Translations under genes and position numbers: made by a program
Part shown: positions 18,625 to 25,830 of the stretch, piece by piece
Position numbering within the stretch: position 1 is the first letter of the stretch
How the letters are laid out: each line of letters opens with the position of its first letter
NCBI GenBank assembly: GCA_002410925.1
Contig: DHPR01000017.1
Location: 1 to 33,347, forward strand
From: a bacterium UBP13_UBA5359
GTDB lineage: Bacteria; UBP13; UBA5359
DNA length: 33,347 bases
Direction of reading: 5' to 3'
Notes under the pieces: generated by a model
The model's database searches: none
What the model was told of the DNA's origin: nothing
The model's input: only the letters and a program-made list of their open reading frames with translations

Positions 18625-19785
18625 TTATTCCTCCTTAAATTCGCTCAGCAGATCACCGAAGAGATCACCCAATGTCGGATTATCCCCGGCTGTCTGATCC
18701 TTCATATATGTTTTCATCTCGGCCTTTTCCTGGTCGCCCGCTACCTGCTTAAGGCTGAGAGATATACGCCTGTTCTTATAGCTTGCGCTTAGAACCTTCA
18801 GGACAATTTTCTGTCCCGATTTAACAACATCCTCTGCCTTTTCGATCCTCTGGTACGACAACTCGGACATTGGAACAAGGCCCTCCACGCCATCGTCAGT
18901 CAATCGGGCAAAAGCACCAAAGCCGGTAACTCTGGTTATGGTTGCCTCAACCAGGGCTCCAGGCTTGAAATTTCGCTCTACATCTTCCCACGGATCGCGT
19001 AACACCTGCTTCAGGCTCAGAGATATCTTACCGCTCTCCTTATCAACCTTCTGAACGCCGACCTCTATTTCGTCATCAACCTTGACCACATCACGAGGAT
19101 GCTTTATTCTGGTCCATGACATATCTGAAACGTGCAGCAATCCATCTACTCCGCCCACATCAACAAAAGCCCCGAAATCCGTCAGCCGCCGGACGATCCC
19201 TTTGATAACAGTTCCTTCCTGCAGGGAATCGATAGCCTGACGACGTTTCTCTTCTGCTTCCTCCATCAGAATCCGGCGACGAGATACTATAACCTTTCGC
19301 TTGGCCGAATCGACCTCTATTATTCTGACCATGGTGCAATTGCCTACCATGGATGATGTATCCTCTCCGCGACGCAATGTCGCCTGCGAGGCCGGCATAA
19401 AGGATTCAATGCCCTCGATCTCTCCCAGCAGACCACCCTTAACGGATTTGGTTATCCGTATTTCCACATTTTCATTGCGCTCATACATTTCATTAATTTT
19501 GCGCCATAATGAGGCGACAGCAGCTTTCTTCTGTGACAGAACTGGCTGCCCCTCCTCACTATCGCTCTTCAGCACCACAGCCTCCAGCTCCTGCCCTTCG
19601 CTGAACACATCCTCCATACGGCTGCCCGCAGGAATGTGCAGCTGATTCGCAGGCACAATCGCTTCGGCCTTGATTCCAATATCCAACAGCAAACCGTCGT
19701 TATCAATACTTACAATAGTACCGGTTACCAAATCACCCTCTTTCACAGTCTTAAATTCGGTCATCTCCATAGTAACTTCTGACAT
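18625..19785 (-). CDS. rpsA: 30S ribosomal protein S1 (four-domain type)
   Basis: Four S1 domains (VKGGL, LTDFGAFVDVGGVDGLLHVSDMSW, FGAFARL) and a C-terminal TLGDLF motif. Confidence 0.9.
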   Translation of the reverse strand: MSEVTMEMTEFKTVKEGDLVTGTIVSIDNDGLLLDIGIKAEAIVPANQLHIPAGSRMEDVFSEGQELEAVVLKSDSEEGQPVLSQKKAAVASLWRKINEMYERNENVEIRITKSVKGGLLGEIEGIESFMPASQATLRRGEDTSSMVGNCTMVRIIEVDSAKRKVIVSRRRILMEEAEEKRRQAIDSLQEGTVIKGIVRRLTDFGAFVDVGGVDGLLHVSDMSWTRIKHPRDVVKVDDEIEVGVQKVDKESGKISLSLKQVLRDPWEDVERNFKPGALVEATITRVTGFGAFARLTDDGVEGLVPMSELSYQRIEKAEDVVKSGQKIVLKVLSASYKNRRISLSLKQVAGDQEKAEMKTYMKDQTAGDNPTLGDLFGDLLSEFKEE

Positions 19786-19863
19786 CTCTCAAGCTCCCTT
19801 TCATTAATCGGCTTTTTAGCCTTTAAACAATTTATATTCAGGCCTCTCGCCTCCTGATACTCA

Positions 19864-22683
19864 TTACCCATTACTCCATCCCTGCTTGGATTGCGGCTTC
19901 ATATCCTGCCAGTTGGAGCCTGTTTCCAGCTCTACCTCCAAAGGCACGCTCAATGCCACAGCCCCCTCCATCATTTTCCGGACAAGAGCTTCCATTTCAG
20001 CCGCTTCATCCTGCGATACTTCGAACAGCAGCTCATCATGTATTTGCAGAATCATCCTTGATTTTAGCCCGCGTCTCTTCATCTCGCTGAAGATATTATT
20101 CATGGCTATCTTGATAATGTCGGCGGCAGTGCCCTGCAAAGGAGTATTAGTCGCCGCCCTCTCCGCCGCCGCACGCAGCATAGGGTTACGGCTGTGGATA
20201 TCCCCTATCTCTCTCAAGCGCCCCAGCAGAGTTCTCACATAGCCTTCCTGTTTAGCCTCCATTACTATCTTCTGCATATATCCCTTTACGGAAGGGAAGC
20301 GGTCGAAATATCTTTGCATCAGCCCTTCAGCCTCTTTCACGGATATACCCAGATCCCTGGCCAGGCGCTGCTCCCCCATGCCGTAAAGAAGACCAAAATT
20401 CACCGTTTTGGCCACTCGCCTCATATCAAGGGTTACCTTCTCATGAGCTACTCCGTATATATCGGCCGCAGTATGAGTGTGTATATCCTCACCTGACCTG
20501 AATGCCTTTATCAAGCCCTGATCCTGAGACAGATGCGCCAAGACTCTCAGCTCTATCTGCGAATAATCCGCCTTTAGCAGAGAATAACCTTTAGCTGCTA
20601 AAAAAGCCCGCCTTATTTTGCGTCCCCAATCACCCTTTACAGGTATATTCTGAAGATTCGGATCGCTGCTGCTCAATCTACCGGTAGCGGTGGCGGTATT
20701 ATTAAATGAAGTATGAACCCGTCCGGTCTCACCATTCACGATTTTGGGCAAAGCATCAACATAGGTGGATTTCAGCTTCGTTAGTTCACGATATTCCAAA
20801 ATACCGCCTATTATTGGATGCTCCGAAAGGCCCTCCAGCACATGTACATCGGTCGAATATCCGGTTTTCGTCTTTCTACCCGTCGGCAGCCCCAGCTTTT
20901 CAAATAAAATACGTTGCAACTGCTTGGGAGAGCCTATATTGAAACGCTCACCGGCCAGATCGAAGACAAGCTCTTCCAGGCTGGATATGCGCTTTCCCAT
21001 CTCCTCTGAAAGTTCCCGCAGGTACGGTAAATCAATAGCCACACCTTTGTATTCCATATCCGCCAGGAGATATATCAGCGGCATTTCCATATCGCGGTAA
21101 AGTTCCATCAGACCCAGCGCATCGAGATTGCGCAGCATAGGATCGATCATTTCCATAACGGCCTGCACCCTGCCGTTCATACAGCTTCCATAATTGCCAT
21201 ATTCTTCAGCAAGAGCTTCGCGTTTCAATTTATTGCCGGATAGATTTTCGCATTCGGGCAGCGCCTGGCTCAGCCACTCAGCCGCCAGGCCATCAAGTGT
21301 TCCGAGCTGCCGCGTAGGATTTATCAGATATGATGCCAGCATAACATCATGCTTGCAAGCGGCAGGAGAGATGCCGTAACGGCGCAAAACCACCAATTGA
21401 TCTTTAAGATTATAACCATATTTAGGTATAGCTGCATCTTCCAGCAACGGCCTGACAGCTTCCACAGCCTGGCGCGTATCTCCCCCGGGCAAGCCTGCGG
21501 GAATAAAATAAGCCTCTTTGCCTTCAGTGGCCAAAGCCACCCCCAGAAGATCGCAGGTCATGGCCGAACCTGCGCTCAGCAGAAGATCTATAGCCAGCCG
21601 TTTTGCCTTTCTCAGCCTATGCATCACCGGCGCCAGTTCTTCCAAAGTAAGAACAGATCTGCTCTGTGCAGGATGAATAAACAGGGTTTGCTGGTCGACA
21701 AGCCCTCCATCGCTTTTGCTGCCAACCACCTCTTCGGAATACTTATCTTTATCAGCCGGTAGAACCTCATCGGCATCCTGCTTCTTAAGCAAACGCTTTA
21801 CAAGGCTGTTAAAGCCCAGCCGCCTAAAGAGCGCAATCATCTCATCGCCTTGCGGCCGCAGAGCTATACCCTTTTCCAAATCAAAATCGAGAGGAACCTC
21901 TTTACAAATCAGTGAGAGGCGCTTGCTCAATTCCGCCTGTTCCTTATACTCCGTTAATAATCCCCTAATGCGCTCATTATCAACTTCCTGCAGATGGCTG
22001 TAAAGGTTCTCAATATGCCCAAATTTCTGTACCAAAGCCGTAGCCGTCTTTTGGCCTATCCCGGGAACGCCGGGGATATTATCCGACGGATCACCTTTTA
22101 GCGCCCGGTAATCATTCATCATCTCCGGCCCAAAACCGAAACGCTCCTTTACCTCCTGAACATCATAACGCTTGGTCTGGCTTATCCCTTTAGTGGTAAT
22201 AGCAACCTTCACATGCTCGGTTATCAGCTGCAAGGCATCCTGATCACCGGTTACTATGATAACTTCATAACCGGATTTTGCTCCCGCAACAGATAACGTT
22301 CCTATAATATCATCCGCTTCATATCCCGGCTCTTCCAGCGCAGGTATGCCAATAGTTTCAAGAACCTCTTGCACCAGCGGTATCTGGCTGATCAATTCAT
22401 CAGGTGTTCGCGGGCGATGAGCTTTATAGGCTTCGTATTCCTTATGGCGAAAGGTCTCTTTATCCTTATCGAAAGCAACCAGTACCTTCTGCGGCCGCTC
22501 CTCATCCAGCAGACGCAAAAGCATGGTAGTGAAGCCGTAAACGGCATTTATGGGCACACCTGCCGGCGTACTGAGTTCAGGAAGAGCAAAGAAAGCCCTG
22601 TAGACAAGACTGTTACCGTCTATAAGAATCAGCTTGGGTCTGTCGATGTGGTCATTAACTCTCATGTCGTCTGAAAAACACAC
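19864..22683 (-). CDS. polA: DNA polymerase I
   Basis: LIDGNSLVYRAFFA 5' nuclease, GDPSDNIPGVPGIG, TGRLSSSDPNLQNIP, DYSQIELR, LQIHDEL. Start is GTG 22683 or ATG 22665. Confidence 0.98.
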   Translation of the reverse strand: MCFSDDMRVNDHIDRPKLILIDGNSLVYRAFFALPELSTPAGVPINAVYGFTTMLLRLLDEERPQKVLVAFDKDKETFRHKEYEAYKAHRPRTPDELISQIPLVQEVLETIGIPALEEPGYEADDIIGTLSVAGAKSGYEVIIVTGDQDALQLITEHVKVAITTKGISQTKRYDVQEVKERFGFGPEMMNDYRALKGDPSDNIPGVPGIGQKTATALVQKFGHIENLYSHLQEVDNERIRGLLTEYKEQAELSKRLSLICKEVPLDFDLEKGIALRPQGDEMIALFRRLGFNSLVKRLLKKQDADEVLPADKDKYSEEVVGSKSDGGLVDQQTLFIHPAQSRSVLTLEELAPVMHRLRKAKRLAIDLLLSAGSAMTCDLLGVALATEGKEAYFIPAGLPGGDTRQAVEAVRPLLEDAAIPKYGYNLKDQLVVLRRYGISPAACKHDVMLASYLINPTRQLGTLDGLAAEWLSQALPECENLSGNKLKREALAEEYGNYGSCMNGRVQAVMEMIDPMLRNLDALGLMELYRDMEMPLIYLLADMEYKGVAIDLPYLRELSEEMGKRISSLEELVFDLAGERFNIGSPKQLQRILFEKLGLPTGRKTKTGYSTDVHVLEGLSEHPIIGGILEYRELTKLKSTYVDALPKIVNGETGRVHTSFNNTATATGRLSSSDPNLQNIPVKGDWGRKIRRAFLAAKGYSLLKADYSQIELRVLAHLSQDQGLIKAFRSGEDIHTHTAADIYGVAHEKVTLDMRRVAKTVNFGLLYGMGEQRLARDLGISVKEAEGLMQRYFDRFPSVKGYMQKIVMEAKQEGYVRTLLGRLREIGDIHSRNPMLRAAAERAATNTPLQGTAADIIKIAMNNIFSEMKRRGLKSRMILQIHDELLFEVSQDEAAEMEALVRKMMEGAVALSVPLEVELETGSNWQDMKPQSKQGWSNG

Positions 22684-22689
22684 TTGCTT

Positions 22690-22718
22690 ATTTTAGCATA
22701 AACTTTGATATGTGCCTA
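22690..22718 (-). promoter_or_regulatory. Putative extended -10 promoter for polA
   Basis: Minus strand TAGGCA, 17 nt, TAAAAT with TG extension (TGCTAAAAT). Confidence 0.45.
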
Positions 22719-22767
22719 CCCCATTAATTTATGGGCCAGGAGTTTATATGTTTATGGGGGTCAGGCC

Positions 22768-24849
22768 CTAAGCTCCAATCTCCAAGGATTGTCCGTATTG
22801 CTCAAGCTTCCTTACGGCTATGAAGTATTCAATCTGTGAGATGTACTCCTTGAGCTTCTCATCCGGCTCCCCAAAGACACGATCTATGATATCCTCTATA
22901 TCATCTGCAATAACCGTTTCAGAGTAGTGATTTCTTATATCTACCTTGAGCAGCTCGATCTTCTTTCTTACACTCCTGATTCTATCAACCATGGCTGTCA
23001 ATGCTGCCAAAGAGAGGCCGGCCACATCCCTGCTTTCAAAACTGCATGAGAGAATGCCTTTATTACCGGTCGTTTTGTCCTTTCTCCACCGGCTCTTATC
23101 CATGCATCCGATTATACTCTCATCTATCTCACTGCCCAGCCTGATGGCTTCAATAAAGAGCAATCTCATTTTGCCGGCCAAAGAGAGTAGATTATAGTTA
23201 CCCTTATTCCTGCTGATCAGCGGCTCAACCCGGTTTAACAGTGCTAAGGCATTCTCTGTTCTATGCTTCATTTCCGCTGTATTCCAAGGCTGGATATTTC
23301 CTCCCAACAGGTACATGGCTTGGGTCAGCGCTTCCATGTCAACGCCGTAGAAGCGCCGTCTGAATTTACATTCAAAATCTGCCCGGGTCTCTTCAGGCGT
23401 CCAAGCAAATTCTGCTGTGGCTGCCACACCGTGCCAAGTAGTTTCCAACGGTCCTCCTGCTTCCGGCCATGAAGTTGCTATAGTGCCCAAAGCCCGATTG
23501 GCCGCAGCACTGACGGCAAAGCCTCGTATGTTCGGTATGGTAATTCTATCATCAACGTTAATCAATCCGGAAGGGCCAGGCCTTTTTGCTGAACCGCAGA
23601 TGACCTGCAAGCCGTGGTCTTGATAAAAGCGCAAATAAGGAAAGGGGCGGTTGACATACGGGAATCCATCCTTTCCCCAATAATCTTTAAAGGTATCGAT
23701 GATATGGGGTGGAATGTTTTCCAGCGCTTCCCGCCCGAACCACGCCCTGTTCTCCCACTTGACGAAGGGCACGCTCTCCGTATCACCGCTGATATAATCC
23801 CAATACATGACCGTTATGTCTTTGTCGAGGCTGTCAATGGCTTCAGGAAACCAAGCCAACTGATCATCCCAGATTATCGGCTTTTTACCTCTATCCTTGA
23901 TATAGCCGGCGGCTTTATTGGCGGCCTCAATGAAGAACCTTGACTTCCCATAGCGTTCTACCCCCTCATAGCAGGTAGGACAAATGCCCAGATGATAAGT
24001 TTCATCGCCGCCGATATGGAAGTACTTCGAATCTTTATGAGTAGCCATTACCTCAGAAGCCAGATCCGTAAAGAGTTCGAAAGACTGCTCATGACTAGGA
24101 CAGAACTGGTAAGGATCGAGGGGGTTCTCCCTCAAATGAGAGTATCCTTCGTGCTTAAGTATATATTTCACGTGAGCAAACCACTGCACCAGAGGTATTA
24201 TTTCAAGATGGCGCTTTTGTGCCTCGTTGACCAGTTCCCCTATCTCTTCCTCGGTCAGCGCATCCTTATGTCTTATGGCCGGATGAGATTTATAAGGATA
24301 CTTATCTTCATATTCAAGAAGGATGGTGTTTATCTTATATCTGCTTATCTGCTTTATAAAGGATTTTAAGTAAACAAAGGTCGGTGTCTGGCAGGCGAGC
24401 ATAAGATGGACTCCCCTCATCTGCAACACCGGCCAGTCGCGTATCTCCAGGCATGGCAGATCGGGACTATTCTCCATCAGTTGCAGCAACGTTTGCGTAC
24501 CCATAAAGATGCCCTGCCGGCTGGTGCTGGCAACTACAGCCGCTTTTTCGCTGACAAGCAGCATATAGCCCTCCGTACCAAGATCTTCCAAGGAAGCTTT
24601 CTCCGGCAGTTTCAAGGCCTTTACATCGCCGAGAGCCAGTATTTCGTACGGCAGCCCGATAACTTCGATATCCGGCTGGAAGTTATATTCCGGAATGCTG
24701 TTCGCATCTTTCAAAAATACTTTCGCTTCTTTTATTACGTTGGCGGTTGAAACAATAGCCGAACTGGAACTGGCCCTAAAAACTCCCTCCCGACACAGTA
24801 ATTCCTTGGGTTGAGGAATCAGGGCGAAGGTATTTTCAATATCGTACAT
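22768..24849 (-). CDS. GH20 family beta-N-acetylhexosaminidase, probably cytoplasmic
   Basis: LIPQPK...EGYML GH20 domain 2, IRDWPVLQMRGVHL, EYED, catalytic HIGGDE (24001-24018), IIWDD, MYWDY. No signal peptide. Confidence 0.88.
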   Translation of the reverse strand: MYDIENTFALIPQPKELLCREGVFRASSSSAIVSTANVIKEAKVFLKDANSIPEYNFQPDIEVIGLPYEILALGDVKALKLPEKASLEDLGTEGYMLLVSEKAAVVASTSRQGIFMGTQTLLQLMENSPDLPCLEIRDWPVLQMRGVHLMLACQTPTFVYLKSFIKQISRYKINTILLEYEDKYPYKSHPAIRHKDALTEEEIGELVNEAQKRHLEIIPLVQWFAHVKYILKHEGYSHLRENPLDPYQFCPSHEQSFELFTDLASEVMATHKDSKYFHIGGDETYHLGICPTCYEGVERYGKSRFFIEAANKAAGYIKDRGKKPIIWDDQLAWFPEAIDSLDKDITVMYWDYISGDTESVPFVKWENRAWFGREALENIPPHIIDTFKDYWGKDGFPYVNRPFPYLRFYQDHGLQVICGSAKRPGPSGLINVDDRITIPNIRGFAVSAAANRALGTIATSWPEAGGPLETTWHGVAATAEFAWTPEETRADFECKFRRRFYGVDMEALTQAMYLLGGNIQPWNTAEMKHRTENALALLNRVEPLISRNKGNYNLLSLAGKMRLLFIEAIRLGSEIDESIIGCMDKSRWRKDKTTGNKGILSCSFESRDVAGLSLAALTAMVDRIRSVRKKIELLKVDIRNHYSETVIADDIEDIIDRVFGEPDEKLKEYISQIEYFIAVRKLEQYGQSLEIGA

Positions 24850-25808
24850 TATTTATTCTCTCCCATTGCCGCTTCTTGAGCCGAAGGTGCAAATATATAG
24901 AATATCAGATCCATCTTGGGCTGAGCACTTCCTGAAATAAAGGCCATGCCGTCCGGGTAAGGATCAGGAGAGCAGGGAAAGAAGGAGCTTTCAGGGTGCC
25001 AGCAGTTCCAGACGTAGTAATAGTTCTTCTCATTGTCGCCGCTTTTATCTGGAATGTTTAGCTCGAAGTAGTAAAACTTGTCTGCCGATACCGGTAGATC
25101 TGCGTTGAAGGACATGATATTCCTTTTGTAATAAGGGTTGCTGTAAGTTTGGGGATTCTCCAGCACCTTTAACGGATCAGTCGCCAAAGTGGATTTCAAA
25201 TCGCCCTTCCAGGCATACAGCTTCATCACTGGCGTACCTACCGCCTGGGATGTGCCCTCGTTTTTGGCCGACATGATATTTATTCTGGAGATATGAGAAA
25301 TCTTACCGACCTTAAAGCTTTGCCCGATTGTCCTGGAGCCCCATAGCCTGGCTGCCCCCGACCAGAGTGGTTGGGATTGCTCTATAAACTCGGCCGCACG
25401 ATAATATTTTATTTCCCTGACTGTGCTTAGCACCTTACCACCTATCTTCACTGCAATATTAACGCTGTGCTCGGTCTGGGTATTCCCAGGGGAAAAGACG
25501 GCAAATATTTCTCCGTTTGTATTCGTTTTACCGCTTAAAGTCATGGTTATCGTCTTGCCGCCTTCAATGGATATAACTTCAATATCAGCGCCTTTTATAC
25601 CGGCGGCGGGCTTCCCGGCGGCATCTTTGAGCGTGATTTTCCCATTTAATCGTTCTCCAAGCACCGGCCTCTTGTCCTCTCCTGAGCGAGAAATAAAGAT
25701 GAAAGTGGATTTATCAGGATCTATCTCTTCGCTTTCAGCCGGATTTGAAATCATCCCCAGACAGCAGGCAAAACTACACAGCAGCAACCCGATAATGCTC
25801 CTAAACAT
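24849..25808 (-). CDS. Secreted hypothetical protein: Ig-like (Big_1/invasin-like) domain plus a beta-sandwich-like domain
   Basis: Hydrophobic N-terminal signal, ITLKDAAGKP...TNTNG Ig-like segment, C-terminal GQSF...YYFEL...PYPDGMAF...DLIF. Stop overlaps the GH20 start. Domain names are tentative. Confidence 0.6.
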   Translation of the reverse strand: MFRSIIGLLLCSFACCLGMISNPAESEEIDPDKSTFIFISRSGEDKRPVLGERLNGKITLKDAAGKPAAGIKGADIEVISIEGGKTITMTLSGKTNTNGEIFAVFSPGNTQTEHSVNIAVKIGGKVLSTVREIKYYRAAEFIEQSQPLWSGAARLWGSRTIGQSFKVGKISHISRINIMSAKNEGTSQAVGTPVMKLYAWKGDLKSTLATDPLKVLENPQTYSNPYYKRNIMSFNADLPVSADKFYYFELNIPDKSGDNEKNYYYVWNCWHPESSFFPCSPDPYPDGMAFISGSAQPKMDLIFYIFAPSAQEAAMGENK

Positions 25809-25830
25809 ATGGATCACCTTTCCTTTCCTT

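Noticed and set aside
19786-19863. Small hairpins in the rpsA leader as an S1 autoregulatory element
   Set aside because: Stems are only 4-5 bp and cannot be distinguished from chance without comparative data.
21300-21620. PolA 3'-5' exonuclease domain lacks the catalytic DxE motif
   Set aside because: An inactive proofreading domain is common in Gram-positive-type Pol I.
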